A program made the translations under genes and the position numbers. A model generated the notes under the pieces. That model ran no database searches. It saw only the letters and a program-made list of their open reading frames with translations, and was not told the origin of the DNA. A DNA stretch of 64,000 nucleotides from the IMG/VR virus record IMGVR_UViG_3300031555_010338. One strand, given 5' to 3'. Positions 46,107 through 56,628 of this stretch are shown here, in pieces (positions within the stretch are counted from its first letter, which is position 1; each line of letters begins with the position of its first letter). The stretch is from a virus (taxonomy: Duplodnaviria > Caudoviricetes).

Positions 46107-48409
46107 TTACAGAAATCAGAAAACGAGACGGCAGAGTTGAGCCGTTTGATGCTGGCAAGATCGTTAGTGCCATTACAAAAGCAATGGTACAGGCCGGCGA
46201 GGTTGATGAGGATGTCGCTCTTCGCATTGCAAGCAAGATCGCAAACTCCAACCAGCTCTCCGGTACAGTAGATGTAGAGCAGATTCAAGATATGGTTGAA
46301 GACGGTCTGATGGGTAGCCGCTGTAAGAAGACAGCAAAGGCTTATATCAAATACCGTGAGAGCCGAAACCAGGAGCGTCAGAAAAACAACGATCTCAACA
46401 AGCAGATCGAGGACATTCTGCTCTGCAACAATGTCCAGAATCAGAATGCCAATGTTGATGAGCATTCTTTTGGCGGAAGAAAGTTTGAAAGTGCGAATGT
46501 GCTGCATAAAAACATCGCTTTGAATGTATTCATTCGCCCTGAGGTAGCACAGGCACACAGAGAGTCCCGCATCTATCTGCATGACCTTTCCGAATATGAT
46601 ATCGGATCTCACAACTGTCTTTTTGCAGACCTTCAGCGTCTGCTTAACAATGGTTTTGCTACCAGAAACGGCGATGTCCGCCCAGCTAACAGCTTCTCTA
46701 CTGCATGTCAGTTGATTGCTGTTATCTTCCAGATTCAGAGTCAGGTTCAGTATGGTGGCGTTGCTTCTTGTCATCTGGACTATGACCTCGCATCCTTTGT
46801 CACAAAGACCTTCTTCAAGAAGTATGTTATGGCATTGGTGAAGTCCAGCCAGGATTTCGCGGACACCGATTTCTCCGCTATGACAGATGAAGAGATCGAC
46901 GCATTTATTGATAAGGTTAAGCCAGATGTTCTGGCTAAGGCCGGTTTAACCGAAAAGGACATTCATCTTGACAACAAGAGCAGCCTTGATAGTGTCATGT
47001 ACAATCAAGCATACTTTGACATGATGTGTGAGGGTAAGCAGGCCGCACAAAGCCTTTACCACAATCTGAATACTCTGGAGAGTCGTGCCGGTTCTCAGAT
47101 TCCATTTACATCCATCAATTTCGGTACGGATACTTCTACCAGTGGTCGCTTGGTGTCTCGCTGGCTCATGTCCGCAAGTCTTGATGGCATCGGCCAGTAT
47201 CATTTGACTCCCATCTTCCCCATCAGTATTTTCAAGTATAAGAAGGGTGTTAATGCTCGTCCTGGCGATCCGAACTACGACATCAAGAAGTTGGCGATCA
47301 AGTCTCTGTGTAAGCGCATTTATCCCAATATTGTAAATTGCGACTTCTCTCAGAACATCGAAGATCCCAATAATCCCGATACCGAGATGGCGACAATGGG
47401 TTGTCGTACCATGATGGGATACGACAGAAATGGCCTTGGCTATTCCAAGCTTGGCCGTGGTAACGTCTGCCCTACTACTATCAACCTGCCGAAGATCGGT
47501 ATCAAACACGGTATTTGTTTGGGTGAGCGCAGCAAGCCCGATCTGGATGGTTTCTGGAAAGAGCTTGATGAAGTTCTGTACCTTACAGAAATGTCCTTGG
47601 TTGATCGCTTCTACCATGTATGCAAGCAGTCTGTTGCCTCTGCAAAGTTTATGTATGGCAACGGAACTATCGCTGACTTCGATCAGGCTTCTTTCAAGGG
47701 TATCTATGAGGCTATGAAGCACGGAACCCTGGCTGTTGGCTATATTGGCATTGCGGAAATGTGTCAGGCACTCTTTGGCAAAGACCACTCTGAGGACGAT
47801 GAGGTTTGGAAGTTTGCTCTGAGTGTTGTTGAGCATATCTACAAGTATTGCCAGAGTGCAAGCGAAAAGCACAACCTGAACTTCTCTTGTTATGCGACAC
47901 CCGCTGAAAACCTTTGCAAGACATATGCGATGGCTCTGAAAAAGGAGTTTGGCGAAATCCCACGGGTTACTGATCGTGAATACATTACCAACTCCCACCA
48001 TGTTCCCGTATGGCAGAAGGTTTCCATTTACCGCAAGTTGGAGCTGGAAGCTCCCTTCTGCAAGTATCCTACTGGCGGCTGCATTACCTACATTGAGCTG
48101 GAAAGCTCTGTCATGAAGAACGAAAAGGCCGTTGAGGACATCATTGACTATGCAATGTCTCTTGATATTCCTTACCTGGCTTTTAACTTCCCCATCGACT
48201 CTTGCTTGAAGTGTGGCTATCAGGGAGAAATCAACTACAACTGCCCCAAGTGTGGTAATACTGAGATCCAGCGCCTCCGCCGCGTAACAGGATATCTGAC
48301 AACAGACTATCGCAATTTCAACGCCGGCAAGATCAAAGAGTGTCTGGATCGTGTAAAACATAGCAACTATACCGACTTCTTGCCCACGAATGGAGACGAC
48401 GCAGAGTGA
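46103..48409 (+). CDS. nrdD: Anaerobic ribonucleoside-triphosphate reductase
   Basis: ATP cone KRDG, MGCR, TPAE, CxxC...CxxC, RRVTGY. Confidence 0.97.
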   Translation: MITEIRKRDGRVEPFDAGKIVSAITKAMVQAGEVDEDVALRIASKIANSNQLSGTVDVEQIQDMVEDGLMGSRCKKTAKAYIKYRESRNQERQKNNDLNKQIEDILLCNNVQNQNANVDEHSFGGRKFESANVLHKNIALNVFIRPEVAQAHRESRIYLHDLSEYDIGSHNCLFADLQRLLNNGFATRNGDVRPANSFSTACQLIAVIFQIQSQVQYGGVASCHLDYDLASFVTKTFFKKYVMALVKSSQDFADTDFSAMTDEEIDAFIDKVKPDVLAKAGLTEKDIHLDNKSSLDSVMYNQAYFDMMCEGKQAAQSLYHNLNTLESRAGSQIPFTSINFGTDTSTSGRLVSRWLMSASLDGIGQYHLTPIFPISIFKYKKGVNARPGDPNYDIKKLAIKSLCKRIYPNIVNCDFSQNIEDPNNPDTEMATMGCRTMMGYDRNGLGYSKLGRGNVCPTTINLPKIGIKHGICLGERSKPDLDGFWKELDEVLYLTEMSLVDRFYHVCKQSVASAKFMYGNGTIADFDQASFKGIYEAMKHGTLAVGYIGIAEMCQALFGKDHSEDDEVWKFALSVVEHIYKYCQSASEKHNLNFSCYATPAENLCKTYAMALKKEFGEIPRVTDREYITNSHHVPVWQKVSIYRKLELEAPFCKYPTGGCITYIELESSVMKNEKAVEDIIDYAMSLDIPYLAFNFPIDSCLKCGYQGEINYNCPKCGNTEIQRLRRVTGYLTTDYRNFNAGKIKECLDRVKHSNYTDFLPTNGDDAE

Positions 48410-48915
48410 ATGTAGCCGGTATCAACTTCGAGTCCGTTGTTGATGGCGAAGGGGTGCGGGTTGTGGTGTTCGTAAGCGGTTGTTTACACAACTGCAAGGG
48501 ATGCCACAATCCAGCTTCCCACTCATTCACCGCAGGCCAACCATTCACGCAAGAACTTCAAGACGAGATTATTGCTTATATCAAAAAGACACCTTTTATT
48601 TCTGGCCTTACTTTAAGCGGCGGAGATCCAATGTATAGCGCAAAGGAAATAACGCCGTTTATCGAACGGCTTCGCAAGGATGTAAAAGATATCTCCGTCT
48701 GGATTTATTCAGGTTTTCGATTTGAAGAAATACTGGAAAACAGTGAGATGTTTGACTTACTGAAGCTTTGTGATGTGTTGGTTGACGGGGAATTCGTTCT
48801 TGAGCAACGAGACATAACCCTTTCCTATAAAGGAAGCAAAAACCAACGGATTATTGATGTTCAGAGATCAATATCTACAGAACAAGTTGTAACAAAGGAG
48901 TTTGATAACCAATGA
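48406..48915 (+). CDS. nrdG: Anaerobic RNR activating protein
   Basis: DGEGVR, CLHNCKGCHN, GGDP, GSKNQR. Confidence 0.95.
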   Translation: MNVAGINFESVVDGEGVRVVVFVSGCLHNCKGCHNPASHSFTAGQPFTQELQDEIIAYIKKTPFISGLTLSGGDPMYSAKEITPFIERLRKDVKDISVWIYSGFRFEEILENSEMFDLLKLCDVLVDGEFVLEQRDITLSYKGSKNQRIIDVQRSISTEQVVTKEFDNQ

Positions 48916-49478
48916 ATCGAATTGGCGAATTTTCAAAGGTAAGCTATGAGCAGTTCTATGAAGCAATGAAGGACTGTTTCTACGAGGATAATCCACCTGA
49001 GAATGAAATTCGGGAGCTATATGACAATATCAAGCTCCCAGAACGAGCAACCGCTGGCTCTGCTGGCTACGATTTCAAGTCCCCCATCCACTTTGTCATT
49101 GCTCCTGGTGTGAGTATTAAGATTCCAACCGGCATTCGTGTACGGATTGAAAACGGCTGGTGGCTTGGCTGTCTGCCTCGTAGCGGCCTGGGCTTCAAGT
49201 ACAGACTGCAGCTTAATAATACGATGGGTGTAATCGACAGCGATTACTACAATTCCGACAACGAAGGCCATATCTTCGCAAAGATCACCAACGATTCCAA
49301 CGAGAATAAGGTTCTCGAAGTCAAGGCCGGCGATGGTTTTATGCAGGGTATCTTCCTTCCCTATGGAATTACATACGATGATGCAGCCGCAGGTGTTCGC
49401 AACGGCGGTTTTGGCTCCACAAGTGTACCTAAGGTAATCGAATTCGGTCAGGCAAATACTGAGATGCGGGTTGCTTGA
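48912..49478 (+). CDS. dut: dUTPase (trimeric)
   Basis: SAGYD, RSGLG, GVIDSDY, RNGGFGST. Confidence 0.95.
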   Translation: MNRIGEFSKVSYEQFYEAMKDCFYEDNPPENEIRELYDNIKLPERATAGSAGYDFKSPIHFVIAPGVSIKIPTGIRVRIENGWWLGCLPRSGLGFKYRLQLNNTMGVIDSDYYNSDNEGHIFAKITNDSNENKVLEVKAGDGFMQGIFLPYGITYDDAAAGVRNGGFGSTSVPKVIEFGQANTEMRVA

Positions 49479-50251
49479 TGGAATTAGACAAGGTTTACAA
49501 TATCGACTGTCTCATTGGTATGCGGGAGATTGCAGATGAGTCCGTAGATTTGATTCTCTGCGATCTCCCCTACGGGGTAACAAAGAACAAGTGGGACGCA
49601 GTAATTCCACCTGAGAAACTTTGGGAACAGTACGAACGAATTATCAAGCCTAACGGAGCAATCATTCTCTTTGGACAGGATAAGTTTACCGCCAAAATGA
49701 TGCTTTCCAACGAAAAGCTCCATCGGTACAACATCATCTGGGATAAGGTTTTGAAAAGCGGTTTCTTAAATGCAAACCGAATGCCAATGCGAGAGCATGA
49801 GGACATTATGGTTTTCTATAAGAAACAGCCGGTTTATAACCCTCAGATGGTAAAGGGTGTTCCAAGCCATAGCAAAGGAAAAGCAAAAGGTGAGAACGCC
49901 GAAGATGTTCTGAATAACCGTATTTACGGATCATATAAAGTCGTTGAAAACCGAAGTGATATGAAGCATCCGTCTTCTATTTGGGTGTTTCAGAAGCCCC
50001 ATCCTTCTGTGGCAATTAGCTCCACGGAAAAACCAGTTGATTTGTGTAGATATATCATTCGTACATACACCAATCAGGGCGATGTAGTTCTGGATAACTG
50101 CTGCGGTAGTGGTTCTATTCTGGTAGCTGCAAAGCTGGAAGGAAGACACTACATCGGTATGGACAACGGCTCTTGCGATAATAAAAAGAGTAAATATTTT
50201 GGTATGCCCTGGGCGGAGGTCGCTACTAAAAGATTGGAGGAAGCCGCATGA
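49478..50251 (+). CDS. Beta-class N4/N6 DNA methyltransferase
   Basis: DLILCDLPY, TEKPV, LDNCCGSGS. Confidence 0.85.
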   Translation: MELDKVYNIDCLIGMREIADESVDLILCDLPYGVTKNKWDAVIPPEKLWEQYERIIKPNGAIILFGQDKFTAKMMLSNEKLHRYNIIWDKVLKSGFLNANRMPMREHEDIMVFYKKQPVYNPQMVKGVPSHSKGKAKGENAEDVLNNRIYGSYKVVENRSDMKHPSSIWVFQKPHPSVAISSTEKPVDLCRYIIRTYTNQGDVVLDNCCGSGSILVAAKLEGRHYIGMDNGSCDNKKSKYFGMPWAEVATKRLEEAA

Positions 50252-50574
50252 GCAAACTGACAGAAAATGAGGCGTTGGATCTTTGGAAAAGCTTGAAAGC
50301 GCCTCCTGCATGGGTACAGTTCATTCTTGCTCTGTTCACTACGTTTATTGCTGGATTTACAATTAAGGTACTCTGGGGCTGGTATATCGTACCTCTTGGA
50401 ATTCCCGCGATTACGCTTGTACACGCAATCGGCATTGATGCACTGATTACCTTTGTAGTAACCACCAGCGCACCACACCCAAGCACAGGCTTGTATTGGT
50501 ATCGATTTACACACGCAGTTTTGATTACGATTTCTACACTGCTTATCGGCTGGGTGTTCCACTTCTTCATGTAA
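50248..50574 (+). CDS. Membrane protein
   Basis: Three hydrophobic segments; GGAGG RBS. Confidence 0.7.
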   Translation: MSKLTENEALDLWKSLKAPPAWVQFILALFTTFIAGFTIKVLWGWYIVPLGIPAITLVHAIGIDALITFVVTTSAPHPSTGLYWYRFTHAVLITISTLLIGWVFHFFM

Positions 50575-50587
50575 CAAGGAGGGCAAC

Positions 50588-50770
50588 ATGACAGGATATG
50601 CTTATCACGGCGCTTGCGGCGCATACATAGATGAGAGCTGGCAGGGCGACACACAATTTTTGCAATGTTCGAGAGGTCGTGGAATGCAGTGTGAAGGTGG
50701 CTGTTGTCCAGAAGAACTCTGCGATGCGTGTGAGATGGCTTTAGAAAATGTGGAAGTTGGTGAATGGTAA
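50588..50770 (+). CDS. Small Cys-rich protein
   Basis: AGGAGG RBS. Confidence 0.55.
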   Translation: MTGYAYHGACGAYIDESWQGDTQFLQCSRGRGMQCEGGCCPEELCDACEMALENVEVGEW

Positions 50771-51021
50771 TGGCTGATAAATTAAACCTTGTTTCAGCTA
50801 TTCGTGAAATCGAAAGCCAGATCAGAAAAATGGAATCTGAGTTTCAAGCAAAGATTTCTCCATATAAAAGAAGTCTCGAAGAGCTTCGCAAGATCAATAC
50901 GGCCTGTGAAAAGTGTGCTGGCACAGGCAAAGTATTCAGAAGATCTTGTGCCGAAGACGAGGGCGATTATTACCGATGCGAAGAGTGCTACGGCACGGGT
51001 GAGAAAGAATGTTTCGTGTGA
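50770..51021 (+). CDS. Coiled-coil + CxxCxGxG zinc-finger protein
   Basis: CEKCAGTG, CEECYGTG. Confidence 0.65.
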   Translation: MADKLNLVSAIREIESQIRKMESEFQAKISPYKRSLEELRKINTACEKCAGTGKVFRRSCAEDEGDYYRCEECYGTGEKECFV

Positions 51022-51389
51022 TCGTTGCTGGCGGTAGGGATTTCAACAACTACAACGGCCTTGCCGCCAGTCTCGATTATTTGTTGAAGAACATCAATGA
51101 CGAAATTCAGATTGTTTGCGGCATGGCTCGTGGCGCAGATAGGCTTGGGGAGCGCTATGCAAAAGAGCGCGGTTACAAGGTAATCTATTTTCCAGCCGAT
51201 TGGGATATAGACGGACGCTCAGCCGGTTTCAAGCGAAATGTGAAGATGGCAGAGTACGCAGATGCTCTGGTTGCGTTTTGGGATGGAAAGTCTTCTGGTA
51301 CTAAGCACATGATTGAAACGGCGCAAGGCAAAGGCTTAGATGTCCGTGTGAAGAGATACCAAATGAAACGGAGGCAACCCGGTGAATAG
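51009..51389 (+). CDS. SLOG/YspA (DUF2493)-like protein
   Basis: VIVAGGRDF, GMARGAD, AGFKRN, FWDGKSSGT. Confidence 0.85.
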   Translation: MFRVIVAGGRDFNNYNGLAASLDYLLKNINDEIQIVCGMARGADRLGERYAKERGYKVIYFPADWDIDGRSAGFKRNVKMAEYADALVAFWDGKSSGTKHMIETAQGKGLDVRVKRYQMKRRQPGE

Positions 51390-51981
51390 ATATATCAGCG
51401 ATTTACATTTTGGTCATGCAAATGTCATCAAGTTTGACGACAGGCCGTTCAGCAATATTGCCGCAATGGAAGATGCGTTGATCCAGAACTGGAATAGCGT
51501 GACCGATCCAAATGACACCGTTTATATCCTTGGCGATTTCTGCTGGGGAAAAGAAGACGAATGGAAGCGGATTTTACCGCAGCTCAAAGGAAATAAGGTG
51601 TTGATTCGCGGCAATCATGACATCAAAGAAATGTCCTCTGGGCTTAAAAAGATGTTTCAGGATGTTAAGGAGTACAAGGAAATTACGGATACTGGAAGAC
51701 ATGTTATCATGTGTCACTATCCTATCCTTCTCTATAAAGCCTCTTATAATCCTGATTGCTATATGCTTTGTGGTCATGTACATGTCACAAGAGAAAATGA
51801 CTTTTTGAATCAGTGGAGAGACGAGCTGAGACGCACACGATCTTCTCGTACTCATAACTGTGGCAATATATTCAATGTTGGCTGCATGATGCCATATATG
51901 GGATATACACCTCGAACCCTTGATGAGATTATTGACGGTGTTTCTCATAGCATTTATAAACAACACAAAGGAGTGAAACGC
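51382..51981 (+). CDS. Calcineurin-like metallophosphoesterase (no stop; runs in frame into the next gene)
   Basis: SDLHFGH, LGDF, RGNHD, CHYP, GHVH. Confidence 0.8.
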
Positions 51982-52426
51982 ATGAACCTTAATGTCATGT
52001 TTTCATCGAAGTCTATGGAGTGGGCAACTCCGCAAGATTTCTTTGACCGACTGAATGATGAGTTTCACTTCACCCTCGACCCCTGCGCTGACGACCATAA
52101 CCATAAGTGTGACACATATTACACTGAGAAGGAAAATGGACTTGAGCAGTGCTGGGGGGGGGCAGACCGTATTCTGCAATCCACCATACGGAAAAGCAAT
52201 AAAAGATTGGGTGAAGAAATGCTCAGACGAATCCAAAAAGCCTGGTACAACCGTTGTCATGTTAATACCGGCTCGAACGGATACAAGCTACTTCCACGAC
52301 TATATCTATCAAAAGCAAGATGTTGAGGTTAGGTTTATTCGTGGCAGATTGAAGTTTGGAGACGGAAAGAACTCTGCTCCGTTCCCAAGTATGGTGGTCA
52401 TTTTTCATTCACCAAAGGAGTTTTAA
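51982..52426 (+). pseudogene. Phage N6-adenine methyltransferase (Dam-like), frameshifted at G9 (52154-52162)
   Basis: EWATPQ...FTLDPCA in one frame; VFCNPPY...LIPARTDT...GRLKF in the next; G8 restores the frame. Confidence 0.85.
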
Positions 52427-52430
52427 CCAA

Positions 52431-52973
52431 ATGGCAACAAAGAAAAATGTAGATATTTTCATCTGCGAAACATGCGGAAAAATGTATCTGAATGAACGGG
52501 CTGCTGAGAATTGTTGTGCGCCGTATCATTGCAGTGTTTGCGGAAAAGAAACACCAAGATACATTTTGAAGTGTGATGCGTGTAGATCAAAAGAAAAGTA
52601 CGAAGCTGCCCGTAAGCTTACTCTTGAAGAATACGAGAAGGAATTTCCTGGCTGTATGCTTTACGACGGCAATGACTATTTTGCCGATATGGAAGAGTTG
52701 ATCGACCACTATCAGTATAACGACAGCCCTATTCCAAGCTATGTGTATGGAACATTCCGTGTGTATGGCAAAATTGATCCTAACGAAGTTCTTGAAGGTA
52801 TTGAACAGGAGTTAGATTGCGAAGATCTTTCTTTCGACAAAGAAGCATACGAAGAGTTCCGAGCTTTCGCAAAACAGTGGAATGAGAAACACCAAATCTA
52901 CTGCTACTACTCTGACGAAAAGGTTGTGGTTCTTATCCCGCCCGACATTCTGGAGGAAAACAAGCATGATTAA
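52431..52973 (+). CDS. Zn-finger hypothetical protein
   Basis: Several CxxC; AAGGAG RBS. Confidence 0.65.
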   Translation: MATKKNVDIFICETCGKMYLNERAAENCCAPYHCSVCGKETPRYILKCDACRSKEKYEAARKLTLEEYEKEFPGCMLYDGNDYFADMEELIDHYQYNDSPIPSYVYGTFRVYGKIDPNEVLEGIEQELDCEDLSFDKEAYEEFRAFAKQWNEKHQIYCYYSDEKVVVLIPPDILEENKHD

Positions 52974-53445
52974 AACAGTGATTGGCGACATTCTGGATGC
53001 GCCTGAGGATATCATTTGTCACCAGGTTAATTGTCAGAACGCTATGGGTTCCGGTGTTGCAAAGGTACTGTTTACACGCTGGCCTGAAATCAAGAAGTCA
53101 TACCATCGGTACTGCCGCCGCTTTTCAAGTCCGGAAAAGTTGCTTGGTCAGGTTCAGCTTGTAGAGGTCGCACCAAATAAGCAAGTTGCTAATATCTTTG
53201 GTCAGCTTGAATTTGGTCGTGACAAGTACAGAAAGTACACCGACTATACAGCGCTCACAAAAGCGTTCAATAAAATCAGAAACCAGTGTGCAGACAAATC
53301 CTTAGCCTTCCCTTATGGCTTTGGTTGCGGTCTTGCTAACGGCGATTGGAAAATCGTCTACAACATGATTGAGATTTATTTCAAGGACATGGATGTGACG
53401 ATTTACAGACTTCCTACAAGTCAAGAAATCGAGGTGGCCGCATGA
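52966..53445 (+). CDS. Macro-domain protein (Poa1p/DarG-like)
   Basis: GDIL, HQVNC...MGSGVA, PYGFGCGLANGDW. Confidence 0.85.
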   Translation: MIKTVIGDILDAPEDIICHQVNCQNAMGSGVAKVLFTRWPEIKKSYHRYCRRFSSPEKLLGQVQLVEVAPNKQVANIFGQLEFGRDKYRKYTDYTALTKAFNKIRNQCADKSLAFPYGFGCGLANGDWKIVYNMIEIYFKDMDVTIYRLPTSQEIEVAA

Positions 53446-53720
53446 TCCTCTATTTCAAAGACAGTCGCGGTAAAATGCGAAAAATCGCAACGATCAGCGA
53501 CAAGCTGACAGCAGAGGAAGCAAGAGCCGAAGCTGTAAAACATATGAACAAGTTTTGCGAAGAGCGAAACTTCAAAATCTACTACATTCGCGTGTGGAAT
53601 ACAGAATATGATGGCAAGCCAATGACAAAGTTTGATGTTGGCAGTCATACAGAATTCTTCTATACAGATCGAATTGTGTACTTCCCAGACAAAAACGACA
53701 CAAAGGAGGCAAGCGAATGA
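53442..53720 (+). CDS. Hypothetical protein
   Basis: GAGGTG RBS. Confidence 0.65.
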   Translation: MILYFKDSRGKMRKIATISDKLTAEEARAEAVKHMNKFCEERNFKIYYIRVWNTEYDGKPMTKFDVGSHTEFFYTDRIVYFPDKNDTKEASE

Positions 53721-54007
53721 TTATCGTTCCAAACACAAATGGCTGCACCTTTATTACAGATGATGGATTTACTGTTGTTGATGGGCATCCAGCAGAAATT
53801 GTTCATGGTCTTTTTGTAAAAGAGGTCGTTATCAATCCTAAAATGAGCGTGATTATGCCGACGATCAAGGAAGTATCCGTTTTTGATAACGGCGATATAC
53901 TTGCCGACATGTACTGCGAACTGCTGGAATCGCAGAATATCAAGGTAAAGCGCATCCAATATATTAAGCCTAACAAGATTTTCACGGAGGTAAAATGGGT
54001 CGTTTAA
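53717..54007 (+). CDS. Hypothetical protein
   Basis: AGGAGG RBS. Confidence 0.6.
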   Translation: MIIVPNTNGCTFITDDGFTVVDGHPAEIVHGLFVKEVVINPKMSVIMPTIKEVSVFDNGDILADMYCELLESQNIKVKRIQYIKPNKIFTEVKWVV

Positions 54008-54660
54008 TTGCAATCGGTGATATCCACGGCTGTTTTAACACCTTGAAAAATCTGTTAAACAAAGTCTCATACAGTAGCGCTACCGATACCTTGGTATTTG
54101 TAGGTGACTACATTGATCGTGGATATTATAGCTGCGAAGTAGTGTCTATGCTCCGCAAGCTCCAGCAACAAGTAGGCAAAGACAAAGTTGTTTGTCTGCG
54201 TGGAAACCACGAGCAGATGGCGATTGATGCTTATAAAAAGCACGATGAGCGGCTTTGGTACTATAATGGCGGTGCAGAAACTGACTACAGCTTTGAGAGA
54301 AACAGCGAAGACATTTCTTCTGCTCTGGCCTGGTTCAAAACACTCCCGCTCGTGTACGACACGCCTAAAATTATCTTCTGCCATGCAGGACTTACATATC
54401 CATATTTGGAAGACAACTCTGAGCATGATTTGCTTTGGGGACGAGATTGGATTAAGACAGACACTGAGGCGCGAGAAAAGCAGGTTGTTTTCGGCCACAC
54501 ACCAAACAGAGCCGGTCTTGCTTATGTCGTTGACACTGGTGATATCTGCATCGATGCAGCTTGTGTTTATGGCGGCGCTCTTTGCGCCCTTGTAATCCAG
54601 GAAGATGGCACAAGTGAATGCTTCTATGCTGAGAAAGCAGAAGAAGATGAGTATGTCTAA
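53995..54660 (+). CDS. Ser/Thr protein phosphatase (lambda NinI/PrpA-like)
   Basis: GDIHG, GDYIDRG, RGNHE, HAG, FGHTP. Confidence 0.9.
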   Translation: MGRLIAIGDIHGCFNTLKNLLNKVSYSSATDTLVFVGDYIDRGYYSCEVVSMLRKLQQQVGKDKVVCLRGNHEQMAIDAYKKHDERLWYYNGGAETDYSFERNSEDISSALAWFKTLPLVYDTPKIIFCHAGLTYPYLEDNSEHDLLWGRDWIKTDTEAREKQVVFGHTPNRAGLAYVVDTGDICIDAACVYGGALCALVIQEDGTSECFYAEKAEEDEYV

Positions 54661-54816
54661 AATACAGTAAATTTTCTTCTCAAATACCGTTGTAAAAACT
54701 ACTGGACAAACTACTTGGAGCAGTCTCAAAGATTTATTCTCGCTAAAATTTCTTTGAGAAATCCAGTATAAAAACAACAAAGGAATTAGCAAAACAAACT
54801 TATCTTTGCAGGACGG

Positions 54817-55137
54817 GTGGTGTTTACCATAAGATTCAAAATTTTGGTGTTTTTCAAAGACGAAGAAGCTTTGGATCAGTATATCAAACTGTACTACGGC
54901 ATTGCTGAGGAACAGTTTCTAAAAATGAGAAGTCAGCGAGAACGTATTTACGACAATGGGCATACAGAGCTTCGATGTGTAAGAGGACTTTCTGAAAATG
55001 CCCGTAGTAACAAAGCGCACATTATCGCTGTTCAGGAAGATCTTACGTGGCGGGATAATTGGCATGAAATCAGACGGTGTATTCTTGAACCATGCCGTAT
55101 GTCTCCTATTCCCGTGCAAGTATTTGATGGCGTATGA
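54817..55137 (+). CDS. Hypothetical protein
   Basis: ORF coupled to the next gene. Confidence 0.5.
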   Translation: MVFTIRFKILVFFKDEEALDQYIKLYYGIAEEQFLKMRSQRERIYDNGHTELRCVRGLSENARSNKAHIIAVQEDLTWRDNWHEIRRCILEPCRMSPIPVQVFDGV

Positions 55138-55340
55138 GAACAACAAGAAGGTTTCAAGATGCCGCATCTACTCAGCCTAAGATTGCAGTCACAACCGAAG
55201 AGCTGCAGTGTTTGTTGAGTTGCGGCAGAGATAGTGCAGTCCAGGTTGGCGAGTCTGCGGAAGCTCGTATTCAGATTGGCCGGCGTGTTTTATGGAATGT
55301 CGAAAAGATCAAAGAGTATGTCAACTTGATTTCATATTGA
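55134..55340 (+). CDS. Small DNA-binding, excisionase-like protein (DUF6462-like)
   Basis: LSCGRDSAVQVGESAEARIQIGRRVLWNVEKIKEY. Confidence 0.65.
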   Translation: MRTTRRFQDAASTQPKIAVTTEELQCLLSCGRDSAVQVGESAEARIQIGRRVLWNVEKIKEYVNLISY

Positions 55341-55806
55341 AGGAACATGTCATGGACTATAAAGAATTGATTGCGGAGCTTCGTTTTGTTAGCCAATACG
55401 AAATGAAACGGGAATATAACGAAATTTGCGTTGGAGAGCTGTTACTTCGCGCCGCAGATGCGATAGAAGCTCTCCAGCAGAAAGGATCGTCCAAATGAAT
55501 ACATACTTGACTATTATGGTTACAGTTCTGGTTCTGACGCAGATCATTCGTATTACTCAGAATGCTATTCAGCTTCATCGGCAGAACAAGCTTTTTGAGG
55601 CTGAGCTATATCAGATAAAGGATCTGAATATTACCAAGACGGACTACAACATGCAGCGCAAAGCTTATCGCCTAATCGTTGAGCATTTTGAGCGCGATGA
55701 AGAATGACACATGGAAAGTTATCTTCTTTTGCATTAAACGGAAACATCCGGAATGGAGCAATAAGAGAGTTACGGCATGTACCAGATATGCTTATAGGAG
55801 GGCAAG

Positions 55807-56076
55807 ATGATTTTGAATATTGTTATCGGCACTCCCCTTGTCAGTCCAGAAAGTTTGCTGGCCTATGATATGGATGACTGGCTCAAAATCGAAAAAGATC
55901 AAACGATGTTTACAGAGCAGCGATTTCTCCCAGCTATCTTAAAAGACATTGGCGTAGTTCCATCCATCAACGAAGTACGAAGGAACCGTGCCGATTTGAT
56001 GATTACACTGGACAAACCTGACTGCTTCTGGGTGAAGTGGGGTAAGAAAAAGCTCTATGTTATCGTTGGAGAATAA
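55807..56076 (+). CDS. Hypothetical protein
   Basis: AGGAGG RBS. Confidence 0.6.
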   Translation: MILNIVIGTPLVSPESLLAYDMDDWLKIEKDQTMFTEQRFLPAILKDIGVVPSINEVRRNRADLMITLDKPDCFWVKWGKKKLYVIVGE

Positions 56077-56106
56077 GCGATGGGATTGATTATGAAAGGT
56101 TGATCT

Positions 56107-56628
56107 ATGATGACGAACAATGTGAAGTTATTTGATACATACGGGGTTCTATATATCGGATCAAGCGAGTTTCTATTCGATATCGAAGACCTCTGTATCA
56201 TTCAAAGCCGGAGCTGGTATGTAGACAAAGGCGGCTATCTCACCAGCAGTTACTACTACGCTGGCTCCCTTCGCATTGTTCGTTTTCATCGTATTATCAT
56301 GCAGGCCAAACCAAATCAGTATGTCGATCACCAAAACCGCAAGCGGTATGATAATCGCAAGGAAAATCTCAGATGCTGTAGTTATGCCGAAAACGACAGA
56401 AACCGTGGATTGTATTCTACCAACAAATCTGGCGTGGCCGGCGTTTCCTTTGACCAGAAACGCAAAAAGTGGACTGCCAGTATTACATACAACAGCAGAA
56501 AAATTTTCATTGGTCGCTTTGAAGAGAAGGACGATGCAATTTTAGCCCGTCTAAAAGTAGAGCTGGAACTATTCAAGGAATTTGCACCTCAAAGATCCTT
56601 GATGGAAAAATATTTGCTCTGCGGTTAA
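56107..56628 (+). CDS. HNH endonuclease with AP2 domain
   Basis: HRIIM, VDHQNR...DNRKENLR, NKSGVAGV...KWTASI...IGRF. Confidence 0.85.
   Translation: MMTNNVKLFDTYGVLYIGSSEFLFDIEDLCIIQSRSWYVDKGGYLTSSYYYAGSLRIVRFHRIIMQAKPNQYVDHQNRKRYDNRKENLRCCSYAENDRNRGLYSTNKSGVAGVSFDQKRKKWTASITYNSRKIFIGRFEEKDDAILARLKVELELFKEFAPQRSLMEKYLLCG

Larger units (their letters stand above)
1856..54797 (+). repeat. Dispersed 12-bp motif TTA(G/A)(C/T)(T/A)AAACAA
   Basis: Copies at 1856, 8848, 15215, 25857, 31110, 34804, 34865, 35926, 44303 and 54786; weaker copies at 5720 and 7822. Confidence 0.75.

Noticed and set aside
12026-48361. Long minus-strand ORFs (e.g. 12026-13675, 15228-16769, 25871-27220, 46946-48361)
   Set aside because: They are antisense shadows of codon-biased + strand genes and have no recognisable motifs.
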